From: Nitrospirota bacterium | GTDB taxonomy: Bacteria > Nitrospirota > Thermodesulfovibrionia > UBA6902 | Length of the DNA stretch: 64,000 nt | NCBI GenBank assembly: GCA_016213935.1 | Contig: JACQZG010000006.1 | Coordinates: 60,622 to 124,621, forward strand | Direction: 5' to 3' | Shown: in pieces, positions 1 to 11,154 of the stretch | Numbering within the stretch: the first letter of the stretch is position 1 | How the letters are laid out: each line of letters begins with the position of its first letter | Translations under genes and position numbers: made by a program | Notes under the pieces: generated by a model | Databases searched by the model: none | What the model was told of the DNA's origin: nothing | What the model saw: only the letters and a program-made list of their open reading frames with translations

Positions 1-45
1 CAGTATCTTAGGAAGGCGGGACAGGAGCTTACAATCATTAAAGAC

Positions 46-2025
46 ATGAAAGTGTCTGAATTGACGCAATGGCGAAAAGAGCGTATGGATGATGCTGCAA
101 TACTCTTCAGAAACTCCTCTTTTTCTAAACTGGTCATACGATATTTTAATAATCCCGAAGATCACGACGCGCGGAAACAGCTCTTGGAATGGATGAGCAA
201 ATTTCAAGGCAGGAACGAGTTCAACAATATACGTTTACTGGATATTCATGGCTTCACCCGCCTCTCTGTGCCGGGCAATCTGACACCTGCAACCCCCGGT
301 GAATTAAAGGATATTTCAGAGGTCATTAGGTCCGGACAGCCGTCTATAACCGATTTCTACCGCAGCGGCAACGACCAGGGAATTTATTTAGCTGTGCAGA
401 TCCCGATCCTGAACGAGGAGCTCGGACATGCGCTCGGCATTCTCTCTTTGCGGCTCGATCCTAAAGAATATCTCTACCCTTCAATCCAGCACTGGCCGAC
501 GCCGAGCAGTACCGGTGAGACGCTACTCATCAGACGAGAAGGCGATGAAGTCGTATATCTTAACGAACTTAGGCACCGCAGGGATACGGCCTTTTCCTTA
601 CGCTTACTTCTCAGCAGAAAAGACCTTCCAGCCGCGATGGCTGTGTTAGGCACAACCGGCATTGTCGAAGGAATCGATTACAGAGGCGTGTCTGTCATGG
701 CGTCAATAGGGGTGATACCCGATTCCCCGTGGTTTTTAGTTTCAAAAATAGATAATGATGAGATATATGCCCCTATAAGGGAGAGGCTTTGGATCGTGGT
801 TATTTTCGTCGTCCTTCTGCTCCTCGGCTCGGGATTAGGCGTCGGGCTTGTCTGGCGGCAGCAGAGACTTCGCTTTTACAAAGAACGTTATAAAATTACG
901 GAGGCGTTGCGCGTGAGCGAGGCGAACTATCGGGTATTGTTCCGTGAGATGTTGAGTGGTTTTGCCAGAAACGAAATTATCTGCGACTCTCATGGTCGCC
1001 CTATTAACAGCCGGTATCTGGAGATCAATCCTGCCTTCGAACGCATAACCGGATTGAAGGCGGAAGAAGTGGTAGGCAGAACAATACTGGAAGTGTTTCC
1101 TTCACTCGAACCGTCCTGGATAGAGATCTTTGGCAGAGTGGCGCTGACCGGCGAGTCGATACATTTCGAGAAGATCGCCTCTGCATTGGGTATTTGGTTC
1201 GACGTGATGGCTTTCTGTCCTGCGCCCAACCAATACGCCTGCACTTTTACCGACATCACCGAGCGCAAGCGGGCAGAAAAGGAGCTCGAGCAGAAGAACA
1301 GGGAACTTGAGCAGATGGTCTATGTCTCATCGCATGACCTTCGCGCTCCTCTTGTCAATATAAGCGGCTACAGCGGCCGACTTGCGAGACTGTATGAGAA
1401 GATTGAAACCCTTCTCGGCGCAATGCAAATTCCCGAGGAACTCAGAAAAGACCTCTCTTCCTGCTCCGCCGAGATGGCTGAATCTCTTGATTATGTCCAA
1501 TCAAGCGTCATAAAGATGGAAAAACTTCTTAAAGGGCTTCTGGATTTTTCCCGTTCAGGCAAGGTTGAGATAAAAACAGAAAGACTTGACATGAATGATC
1601 TGATTGCCCGGGTTTTTGAAACTTACAGTTCGGTGATGAATGAGTCAGGAATAATCAAAGAAGTCTCTGATCTGCCTGAATGCACGGGAGACAAGCTTCA
1701 GATAAGCCAGGCATTCAGCAACCTGATAGGCAATGCCATTAAATTCCTTGACCCCGCGAGAAAAGGGATAATAAAAGTCTCTGGCAGGAGGGAAGGAAGG
1801 GAATCAGTATATTGCATTGAGGACAACGGCATAGGCATCGCCCCGGAACATCAAAAGAAGATATTTGACGTATTTTATCAGCTTGCCACCTCCGCAGGAG
1901 GGGAAGGCTTGGGCCTGAGCATAATTCACAGGATAATGGAGAGGCACGGCGGAAAGGTGTGGCTTGAGTCTGAAGCGGGCAAGGGAAGCAAATTTTTTGT
2001 TCAACTGCCGGGCACGATGAAGTAG
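46..2025 (+). CDS. Sensor histidine kinase with N-terminal sensor region, TM segment, PAS domain, HisKA and HATPase_c
   Basis: ORF translation shows a hydrophobic TM stretch (WIVVIFVVLLLLGSGLGVGLVW), a PAS-like block, a SSHDLRAPL H-box, and C-terminal GIGIAPEHQ and GGEGLGLSI ATPase motifs. Confidence 0.85.
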   Translation: MKVSELTQWRKERMDDAAILFRNSSFSKLVIRYFNNPEDHDARKQLLEWMSKFQGRNEFNNIRLLDIHGFTRLSVPGNLTPATPGELKDISEVIRSGQPSITDFYRSGNDQGIYLAVQIPILNEELGHALGILSLRLDPKEYLYPSIQHWPTPSSTGETLLIRREGDEVVYLNELRHRRDTAFSLRLLLSRKDLPAAMAVLGTTGIVEGIDYRGVSVMASIGVIPDSPWFLVSKIDNDEIYAPIRERLWIVVIFVVLLLLGSGLGVGLVWRQQRLRFYKERYKITEALRVSEANYRVLFREMLSGFARNEIICDSHGRPINSRYLEINPAFERITGLKAEEVVGRTILEVFPSLEPSWIEIFGRVALTGESIHFEKIASALGIWFDVMAFCPAPNQYACTFTDITERKRAEKELEQKNRELEQMVYVSSHDLRAPLVNISGYSGRLARLYEKIETLLGAMQIPEELRKDLSSCSAEMAESLDYVQSSVIKMEKLLKGLLDFSRSGKVEIKTERLDMNDLIARVFETYSSVMNESGIIKEVSDLPECTGDKLQISQAFSNLIGNAIKFLDPARKGIIKVSGRREGRESVYCIEDNGIGIAPEHQKKIFDVFYQLATSAGGEGLGLSIIHRIMERHGGKVWLESEAGKGSKFFVQLPGTMK

Positions 2026-2055
2026 TTGAAAGTTAAGAGTGAAGGAAAAAATATT

Positions 2056-2487
2056 ATGAGCGATAAAACGATAATTCTTCTTGCAGAAGACGACAGGGGC
2101 CACGCAGGGCTTATTAAAAGAGGGCTTAAGCGGAACTCCATAGACAATAAGGTGATTCATTTTGCCGACGGGCAGGAGGTGAGGGATTTTTTGTTCAGCG
2201 ACAGGCATATTGTTCAGAGGGAGAAAGACGCCTCTTATATATTGCTTTTGGATATCCGAATGCCGAGGCTTGACGGGATATCAGTGCTTCAGCAGGTTAA
2301 AAACCACAATGAGCTCAAGAAAATCCCCGTAATCATTATTACTACTACTGACAACTCTTTTACCATAAATCAGTGCTTTCAGTTAGGGTGCGCCAAGTAT
2401 CTTGTGAAGCCCGTCGGCTTTGAAGAGTTTGAAAAAGCGATGGCTGACCTCGCGGAATTTATAAAGACACTGATGCAGGTTCAGTGA
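2056..2487 (+). CDS. Single-domain CheY-like response regulator receiver; the track ORF begins 2026 with an alternative TTG, ATG at 2056 is the likelier start
   Basis: MSDKTIILLAEDD...LLLDIRMPRLDG receiver motifs; immediately follows the kinase stop; GAAGGA SD-like sequence before the ATG. Confidence 0.8.
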   Translation: MSDKTIILLAEDDRGHAGLIKRGLKRNSIDNKVIHFADGQEVRDFLFSDRHIVQREKDASYILLLDIRMPRLDGISVLQQVKNHNELKKIPVIIITTTDNSFTINQCFQLGCAKYLVKPVGFEEFEKAMADLAEFIKTLMQVQ

Positions 2488-2503
2488 GTTTTTATGGCAC
2501 AAT

Positions 2504-2536
2504 AAAAAAAGGAGCAACATTAAGCTGCTCCTTTTT
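2504..2536. terminator. Bidirectional rho-independent terminator between the response regulator (+) and groEL (-)
   Basis: aaaaaaaggagcaacattaagctgctccttttt: 7-bp stem aggagca/tgctcct flanked by an A-run and a T-run. Confidence 0.6.
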
Positions 2537-2560
2537 CGTGACAGGTTATCAGCAGGCGGT

Positions 2561-4210
<1,650 letters not shown>

Positions 4211-4236
4211 CTAAATCGTTTTTATTGGTTATTTGC

Positions 4237-4524
4237 TTACTCGATAATGCCGAGGACGTCATCTTCTCTTATGATGAGAAAGTCTATGTCGTCAATATTG
4301 ATCTTTGAGCCTGAATATTTATCAAAAAGAACAACATCGCCTTTTTTGATCTCCATCTTCTGCAGTTTGCCGTCATCGGTTATTCTGCCCGGGCCGACAG
4401 CGACCACCTCGCCTTTCTGAGGCTTTTCCTTGGCTGAGTCGGGGATGTAAAGGCCCCCTGCGCTCTTTTCAGGTTCTTCAGAATATTTGACCAATATCCT
4501 GTCCTTAAGCGGTTTGAACTTCAT
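4237..4524 (-). CDS. groS: Co-chaperonin GroES (10 kDa)
   Basis: MKFKPLKDRILVKYSEEPEKSAGGLYIPDSAKEKPQKGEVVAVGPG is the classic GroES sequence, upstream of groEL on the same strand. Confidence 0.95.
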   Translation of the reverse strand: MKFKPLKDRILVKYSEEPEKSAGGLYIPDSAKEKPQKGEVVAVGPGRITDDGKLQKMEIKKGDVVLFDKYSGSKINIDDIDFLIIREDDVLGIIE

Positions 4525-4596
4525 CGTGGTTTCTCCTTTCTTATTGAATTTTTGGGTTGAATTTTACCCTTGTTTTCTGTAAGTTCAGCAGTATGC

Positions 4597-4623
4597 TTAG
4601 CACTCATTATAAAAGAGTGCTAA
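4597..4623 (-). promoter_or_regulatory. CIRCE element (HrcA operator) in the groES leader
   Basis: TTAGCACTC-attataaaa-GAGTGCTAA: a perfect 9-nt inverted repeat with a 9-nt spacer, matching the CIRCE consensus, about 75 nt upstream of the groES start. Confidence 0.9.
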
Positions 4624-4680
4624 AAAACAAAATAAATAATAGCAGAGTTGTTTAAATATTGCAAGAGCCGGGGAGGGAGG

Positions 4681-5370
4681 TTAATAGGAAAACATTCTCC
4701 TCTTTATGCTGCCGGAGAGCATCAATATAATAATGATGCCGGCAATGAAACCGCCTATGTGGGCAAACCACGCGACTCCGCCCTGGTCTGCGACGCCTTT
4801 GCTTATCATCCCGTTTATTATCTGGATAACTATCCAGAATCCTATTACAAAGAAAGCCGGAAGCTGTATGACCCGGATGAAGAAACCGAGAAATATAATG
4901 GTGTGTATGCGCGCGCGGGGAAAGCGTATCATGTATGCTCCGAGCACTCCCGATATCGCCCCGCTTGCGCCTATCATCGGCGCGGCCGAGGAAGGGGAAG
5001 TAAGGGTGTGCCCGTACGCGGCGGCAACTCCGCAGAGTATATAAAAGAGTAAAAACCTGAAGTGGCCGAGCGTGTCTTCAACATTATTCCCGAATATCCA
5101 GAGGTACAACATGTTGCTTCCGAGGTGCAGTACGCCTCCGTGCATGAACATAGACGTGAAGATGGTAAGCGACGGATGGATGGGCTGAACCTTTTTCATG
5201 GATATCAGATAGGAGGGGATTGCCCCGTAAGAATATACCAATGTTTTATAAGCATTCACGTCGGCCACGGCGGTGAGCATATAGAAAAATACCGCCATGT
5301 TTGAAACGATAAGAAGCAGTGTTATAAAGGGGAATGTGCGGGCAGGGTTGTCGTCTTTGTAAGGGATCAT
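4681..5370 (-). CDS. Rhomboid-family intramembrane serine protease
   Basis: Multi-TM protein with a GASGAISGVLGAYM serine motif and a downstream AHIGGFIAGI histidine helix. Confidence 0.8.
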   Translation of the reverse strand: MIPYKDDNPARTFPFITLLLIVSNMAVFFYMLTAVADVNAYKTLVYSYGAIPSYLISMKKVQPIHPSLTIFTSMFMHGGVLHLGSNMLYLWIFGNNVEDTLGHFRFLLFYILCGVAAAYGHTLTSPSSAAPMIGASGAISGVLGAYMIRFPRARIHTIIFLGFFIRVIQLPAFFVIGFWIVIQIINGMISKGVADQGGVAWFAHIGGFIAGIIIILMLSGSIKRRMFSY

Positions 5371-5457
5371 GTCAGCTCAAAATATCGCCTAATGGTTATT
5401 CTATCAAAGGCAGAGGTTTTATTCCCGTGATGTTATAATAAATAAGGAAATGACATA

Positions 5458-5796
<339 letters not shown>

Positions 5797-6021
5797 ATGT
5801 CATTCCCGCTTTAACTGCCCGCACTGCTATTTCGTCTTAACCTTATGTCGTTTAACTTGTAATTCCCTTTAGCTTGCTGCAGGGTTTCCTTTAGGATATT
5901 CCACGAAATCCGGATGCGGGGTTTGTCCATTAAGCAGAAGATGGAACTTAAAGATTCATCACAATAGACGGGCGCGGGTTATGATATAATATTTTTTCTT
6001 AAAAAAGGCAAAGGGAGTTTT

Positions 6022-7137
6022 ATGAAGAAAGAAGAAAAGGGACACAAGCATTTCAGGTGCAGACAGCCCCTTAAGCCTAAGGGCATAAAAAAGGGCATGA
6101 AGGTTGACGATGTCATAGAGAGCGCGATGTTTTCCTTTAACGCCGGGGCGTTCAGAAAGGCATGCGAGCTTTTTGCCGGCCACGTGGTTTCTGAAAATGT
6201 AAGGGTAGGGGTTTCTCTCGCGGGCGCCCTCGTCCCCGCAGGAATAGGCCGGAGCTGCCTCATCCCCCTGATGAAGGCCGGCATGGTTGACTGGATAGTA
6301 TCCACGGGGGCTAACCTCTATCATGACCTTCATCTGATATTAGGATACGATTTCTGCAGGGGGCATGCCGATGCCGATGACACGCAGCTCAGGGAGAAAG
6401 GGATCATCAGGATACATGATATTTTTCTCGATTATGATGCCCTGCTCGATACGGACAGTTTCATAAGAAAGACGATAAGCAATTATTTTTCAGGAAAGGG
6501 CGAGCCCTGCTCGAGCGCCGATATCCATGCGGCCCTCGGAAAAGAGATTATCAGGATAAAGCCGTCTTTAAAGAATGAAAGCGTTTTGGCTGTTGCTTAT
6601 GAATGCGGGATACCTGTTCACACCTCTTCGCCCGCCGATTCGAGCATTGGGATGAATATAGCCGCGCTTATGCTTGAGGAGAAGCCTGTTCCGTTTGATA
6701 CCCATAAAGATGTCAATGAAGTTACGAGCTATGTCTATGACATAAAGAAGAGGGGCGGCGAGAGCGCGGTGCTTTTGCTCGGGGGCGGAAGCCCTAAAAA
6801 CTTTGTGCTCCAGACTGAGCCTCATATACAGGAGGTGCTCGGGCTCCCTGAGTCAGGGCATGACTTCTTTATCCAGTTCACAGACGCGCGGCCGGATACA
6901 GGCGGCCTTAGCGGCGCGACTCCTTCAGAGGCTGTGTCTTGGGGGAAGATAGACCCGAACGCGCTTTCAAAAACAATAGTCTCATACGGCGATTGCAGCC
7001 TGATGCTTCCATTCTTTGTCAGCTACGCGCTGAACAGATCCAAACCCCGCCCGAATTCAAGGCTCTTTGAGAAGAAAGAGAAGCTCGTAAAACAGCTTAA
7101 AGACGATTACAGGAAGAAGGGCAGTTATAAGAAGTAA
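6022..7137 (+). CDS. Deoxyhypusine synthase-like (homospermidine synthase-like) protein
   Basis: ORF features include ...WIVSTGANLYHDL and LLLGGGSPKNF; length and the STGAN motif resemble the DHS family. Assignment is from memory only. Confidence 0.6.
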   Translation: MKKEEKGHKHFRCRQPLKPKGIKKGMKVDDVIESAMFSFNAGAFRKACELFAGHVVSENVRVGVSLAGALVPAGIGRSCLIPLMKAGMVDWIVSTGANLYHDLHLILGYDFCRGHADADDTQLREKGIIRIHDIFLDYDALLDTDSFIRKTISNYFSGKGEPCSSADIHAALGKEIIRIKPSLKNESVLAVAYECGIPVHTSSPADSSIGMNIAALMLEEKPVPFDTHKDVNEVTSYVYDIKKRGGESAVLLLGGGSPKNFVLQTEPHIQEVLGLPESGHDFFIQFTDARPDTGGLSGATPSEAVSWGKIDPNALSKTIVSYGDCSLMLPFFVSYALNRSKPRPNSRLFEKKEKLVKQLKDDYRKKGSYKK

Positions 7138-7267
7138 CAAACGAGGAAGCCGTTAGTATCTCTGCATCTATCGCAAGTCTGGCCCGTCTCATCTATGAGC
7201 CTTTGCCATTGGATTGTTAATGTTTTAGTTTTCATTTAATGTTCACTGTTGTCTAACTATCAACAAG

Positions 7268-7678
7268 TTATTTGAACGGATTTATTACTTCAAGGCCCGG
7301 ATAATTGAAATCTTTTGCATTCCGCGTAACCAGTCGCAATTCATGGTGCAAGGCAGTTGCGGCAAGAAGGCTGTCGATGCTGGGGACCGGGCGCCCGACC
7401 TTTGCAAGAAGACTGCCCCAACGGTCTGCCACGGCAATATCAACAGGAAGCACCCGTCCATCAAACCATGCCGGAAGTTCATGTTCCAGCCAGAGGCGCA
7501 GTTTCTCGCGCCGTTTTCCGTCAGTAAGGGAATCTATGCCCTTGCGAATCTCGCCGAGTGTCAGGACGCTCACAAAGAGTGCGTCACCGGGCAGTTGATC
7601 GAGCCATGTAATCACCGACTTGTTCGGGTTGCGGCAGATCGTCTCTGATAAAATATTGGTATCGAGCAGATAACTCAT
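7268..7678 (-). CDS. vapC: PIN-domain toxin VapC
   Basis: MSYLLDTNILSE... with acidic PIN residues; overlaps the upstream antitoxin gene by 4 nt. Confidence 0.85.
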   Translation of the reverse strand: MSYLLDTNILSETICRNPNKSVITWLDQLPGDALFVSVLTLGEIRKGIDSLTDGKRREKLRLWLEHELPAWFDGRVLPVDIAVADRWGSLLAKVGRPVPSIDSLLAATALHHELRLVTRNAKDFNYPGLEVINPFK

Positions 7679-7926
7679 GCGATCTCAGCTTTGCGCGTTA
7701 GTGTTTGCTCGCGCTTCAGTTTAAGTTTCATACCGTAAAGCGGCGAACGGCGCATGAATTCCACGAAACTCCCTCTTGGATGCCTGAGTTGTTCATATTC
7801 CTCTCTTGAAATCACTACGGCGGTTTGTTGCCCGTGAATAGTGATATTCTGAGGGCCTTCCTTTGTCGCCTTTTTAATAACCTCGCTCAGGCGTGCCTTT
7901 GCCTCCTGTAACTGCCATGTAGCCAT
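7675..7926 (-). CDS. vapB: Phd/YefM-family antitoxin (VapB partner); the track ORF extends to 7947, the ATG at 7926 carries a GGAGG SD
   Basis: MATWQLQEAKARLSEVIKKATKEGPQNITIHGQQTAVVISREEYEQL matches the Phd/YefM fold pattern. Confidence 0.8.
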   Translation of the reverse strand: MATWQLQEAKARLSEVIKKATKEGPQNITIHGQQTAVVISREEYEQLRHPRGSFVEFMRRSPLYGMKLKLKREQTLTRKAEIA

Positions 7927-7963
7927 GACAACCTCCTTTTGGTTCACCCTCGATAATCCCTAA

Positions 7964-7989
7964 ATATAGTCAGTCTGGTCAGACTATAT
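7964..7989 (-). promoter_or_regulatory. Inverted repeat upstream of the vapBC operon; candidate antitoxin operator
   Basis: atatagtcagtctggtcagactatat: perfect 8-bp outer arms, about 40 nt upstream of the vapB start. Confidence 0.45.
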
Positions 7990-8031
7990 TATCACTTTTG
8001 GGAAAGGTTTGCAAAGGTCTGCCTGCACTTT

Positions 8032-9249
8032 TCACACATTCGTCCTGTGCACGCCGGCGGGGCGCCATGCCGGAGAGATGACCGCGGGGCGTGAAGTATA
8101 CGGCATATAAGCCGCCCATGATACCGTGGAGTCGCCGTGCCTGTCATTGATGCCGTCCGCCGTGTTAAGCAGGTTCTCTTTTTTCAGATGGCCTGAAAGG
8201 AGGTTTAACTGCGCAGGCATCCCCGTTTCCCTTAACCCTGACAGGCTGACGCCGAGAAGCCTTACCGAGTCGCTGAGTTTAATCCCCCTGATTATCTCCA
8301 TCGCGGTGTTGTGTATCTCATGAGTGTCATTGATGTGCCTGTTTATCTTAAGCTGTTTTGTGAATGTCCTGAAGCTCTTGTACCTTATGGTTACAGTCAC
8401 GGTATCGCCCGCGAGTTTATATCTTCTCGCGCGCCTGCCCGCCATTTCAGAAAGCTTAAGCATGTAAGCCTCTATCTCTTCTTCACGCCATATGTCGCGC
8501 GGAAGCGTCATGCTGTGCCCGACCGACTTTGCCGTCTCCTCATTGCTCATCACGGGTGAAGTGTCTATGCCCATTCCCATGAGCTTGAGCCTCTCGCCTA
8601 TTATCCCGAACCGGCTTTTAAGCAGGCTTACGGGCGCCCTGCCGAGTTCACCGCAGGTTCTTATGCCGAGCGCCCCGAGCTTTTCAGCAATCTTTCCGCC
8701 TATTCCCCAAAGCGCGTCAACAGGAAGACGCTCAATCGCCTCCGGTATCTCTTCCTGCCTGATAAATTTCAGCCCGTCAGGTTTTGAGATGTCGCTTGCG
8801 AGCTTTGCCATGAGCTTGTTCGGCCCCATGCCTATCGTGGCGTTAAGCCCGAACCTCTCCTTTATCTCCCTCTTTATCATCTTTCCGATTTCGATCGGGC
8901 TTCCGAAAAGTTTGAGCGAGCCTGTTATGTCGAGAAATGCCTCGTCGATCGAATAGACCTCGACCTCTGAGGTATATTTTGAGTAAATCTCCGTAAGCAT
9001 CCTGCAGGTATGCGTGTATTTGCCGTTGTTTCCCGTGACAAATATCAGTTTTGGGCAGACCTTTTTCGCCTCCCAGACATTCATGCCCGTCTTTACTCCG
9101 AAACTCCTCGCTTCATAAGACGCGGTCGTGATGACAGTTCTCTTTCCCGAACCTATGACAGCCACGGGCTTTCCGCGCAGGGCAGGGTTGCTCTGCTGCT
9201 CCACGGACGCAAAGAATGAATCCATGTCAACAAGCAATATTGTTCTCAT
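8032..9249 (-). CDS. dinB: DNA polymerase IV (Y-family, DinB)
   Basis: MRTILLVDMDSFFASVEQQSNPALRGKPVAV, the SIDEAFLD motif and Y-family palm/fingers blocks. Confidence 0.9.
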   Translation of the reverse strand: MRTILLVDMDSFFASVEQQSNPALRGKPVAVIGSGKRTVITTASYEARSFGVKTGMNVWEAKKVCPKLIFVTGNNGKYTHTCRMLTEIYSKYTSEVEVYSIDEAFLDITGSLKLFGSPIEIGKMIKREIKERFGLNATIGMGPNKLMAKLASDISKPDGLKFIRQEEIPEAIERLPVDALWGIGGKIAEKLGALGIRTCGELGRAPVSLLKSRFGIIGERLKLMGMGIDTSPVMSNEETAKSVGHSMTLPRDIWREEEIEAYMLKLSEMAGRRARRYKLAGDTVTVTIRYKSFRTFTKQLKINRHINDTHEIHNTAMEIIRGIKLSDSVRLLGVSLSGLRETGMPAQLNLLSGHLKKENLLNTADGINDRHGDSTVSWAAYMPYTSRPAVISPAWRPAGVHRTNV

Positions 9250-9494
9250 ATCCCTGCCTCCACCCCCTCGAGCACCCAGTTTATCGAGCCTGTATTGAAG
9301 CTAAGTTCATAAAGCGTTGCCCCGTCAGTTACGGAAAAATGCATAAGCCTGCCCGCGCCTTTGGACGTTATCCATTCGTATGTGACGTCTTTTACATTTA
9401 TCTGCCGGTTCGACCACCTGAACCTTAAAGGCCTGAGCCTCGAATTTCCCAAGAATGCGGCTATCACAGAGACCTCTTCTTCCACCCGGACCAC
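9246..9494 (-). CDS. Hypothetical 82-aa protein translationally coupled between lexA and dinB
   Basis: ORF overlaps the lexA stop by 1 nt and the dinB start by 4 nt; I do not recognise a family. Confidence 0.5.
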   Translation of the reverse strand: MVRVEEEVSVIAAFLGNSRLRPLRFRWSNRQINVKDVTYEWITSKGAGRLMHFSVTDGATLYELSFNTGSINWVLEGVEAGI

Positions 9495-10108
9495 TAAAGC
9501 CTCCTCAATATTCCTTTCACCCTGCCGATTATCTTAACCTCTTCTGCCTTGAATACCATCGGTGTCATCTCTTTATTCTCGGGCACGAGCCTGACGATGG
9601 TCTTTGCCAGAAAGAACCTTTTTACTGTTGCTTCATCTTCAATTAGCGCCACAACGATATCGCCGTTCTTCGGCTCTGCCTCAGTCGATATCAACGCTAT
9701 GTCGCCCTCTAATATTCCGGCATCTATCATGCTGTCGCCTTTTACCCTGAGCGCAAATCCGCCTTCAACTTTGAAAAGGTTTTTATCTATGTTTATGTAC
9801 CCCTCAATATTTTCCACAGCCAATACCGGCGCGCCTGCCCTTACGGTTCCGAGAAGGGGGATCTTATTTTTTTCAGCCGGATTAACGCCGGCAATCTCAA
9901 GAGACCTCTGTTTCTGGGGGGATTTTTTGAGCAGTCCTTTTTTTGCCAGGGCATTTATATGAGACTGTGCAGAGAGGGGGCTTGCAAAACCGAAACCACT
10001 CGCCACCTCCCGCACAGTCGGGGGGAACCCGTTGTCAATTATATGTTTTTTGATAAAATCAAAGACCGCAAGCTGTTTCACGGTCGGCTGTCTCATCTTC
10101 TGCGCCAT
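9494..10108 (-). CDS. lexA: LexA repressor; the track ORF begins at a TTG at 10123, ATG at 10108 is more likely
   Basis: N-terminal winged HTH (VREVASGFGFASPLSAQSHINALAKKG), an AG cleavage site (VRAGAP) and the S24 peptidase motif GDSMIDAGI...K. Confidence 0.9.
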   Translation of the reverse strand: MAQKMRQPTVKQLAVFDFIKKHIIDNGFPPTVREVASGFGFASPLSAQSHINALAKKGLLKKSPQKQRSLEIAGVNPAEKNKIPLLGTVRAGAPVLAVENIEGYINIDKNLFKVEGGFALRVKGDSMIDAGILEGDIALISTEAEPKNGDIVVALIEDEATVKRFFLAKTIVRLVPENKEMTPMVFKAEEVKIIGRVKGILRRL

Positions 10109-10112
10109 GAAA

Positions 10113-10134
10113 CTACTATACAAATGTATAGTAG
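10113..10134 (-). promoter_or_regulatory. Putative LexA operator (SOS box) abutting the lexA start
   Basis: CTACTATACAAATGTATAGTAG: 10 of 11 arm positions are palindromic. It resembles the E. coli-type TACTG(TA)5CAGTA box with CTAT in place of CTGT. Confidence 0.65.
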
Positions 10135-10245
10135 TTTTGTCAAGGGGGAATACTGCCTGACGGCAACCGCTTAGTACTTAAAAATTATCTTGAAGTAAGT
10201 TAACGGCATATGTTTTAATTCAAGAAACTAATTGGGAGGTAACAG

Positions 10246-11017
10246 ATGATTAAGAAAAAGGTCGCGGCATTATTGATTCCATTTCTATTAATCGTTGTGT
10301 TATATGGCTGTGCTTCGATACCGCCATTGCCTGAAACGATAAATATTGTCCCTCCATCACCGGATGTCCCTCCTAAATTAGCCGCGTTATCAGGTGGTTG
10401 GAAAGGTAATTTTAACAGTCTCGTAAATGTTACCGTTATCGTTGAAAAAATAAATGTTAATGAAGCTGAAATTATCTATAGTTGGGGTGATGCTCCCCAT
10501 TTAAATGCAGGATATGTATATGCCAAGAGTCAAGTGCTTAACGGTGATTCCATTCAATATACTGATGCAGAAGGAGGTGTATTGACATTAGTAATGGAGC
10601 AGGAGCCTGATAATGTAACAGGATATAGAGATAACCCCTATTTCAGAAAATGTTTCATCTGAATTAGCGGGATTTTTAGGGGTATGGGAGGGGAAATGGG
10701 GCGCGATGCAGGGATTGGATACGATGTTTATTATCGAATATATTGATAATGAAAAAGCAGAGGTTACTTTCAGTTTTGGCGGTGATGCGTCTGGGTATAT
10801 GAATTTTACGGGTAAGGTTCTTCAAGGGCCTACAATTCAATGGGAAATGGACAAACTACTTGGAATACTCAAAGATGAGGAAATGAAAGATTTCAAATGT
10901 CCGTGCATTATGTCCTTTAAATTGCGGAATGATGCTGACAAGCTTATCGGTTTTTTTGAATTTCCGACCTACGATGTCAAGATACGTGGAGATTTCAGCC
11001 GGAAGGTAATTCAATAA
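10246..11017 (+). pseudogene. Lipoprotein gene with two tandem homologous domains, split by a frameshift near 10590-10660
   Basis: Lipobox LLIVVLYGCAS; repeat 1 (GGWKGNFNS...IIYSWGDAP) in frame 1 and repeat 2 (GVWEGKWGA...VTFSFGGDA) in frame 2 are clearly homologous, so one gene was broken by an indel or a sequencing error. Confidence 0.5.
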
Positions 11018-11154
11018 CTTGCCGATTTTCAGCAGACTTTTTTATTAAGTTAATATAGGTTGAACGTTGCTTGCGTTCTTCTTCTCTTGATTTATAATCT
11101 ACTTGTGGCAGTTGGTAATTCTTCAAGTGAAAAATAACGATTAATGGAGGCATC

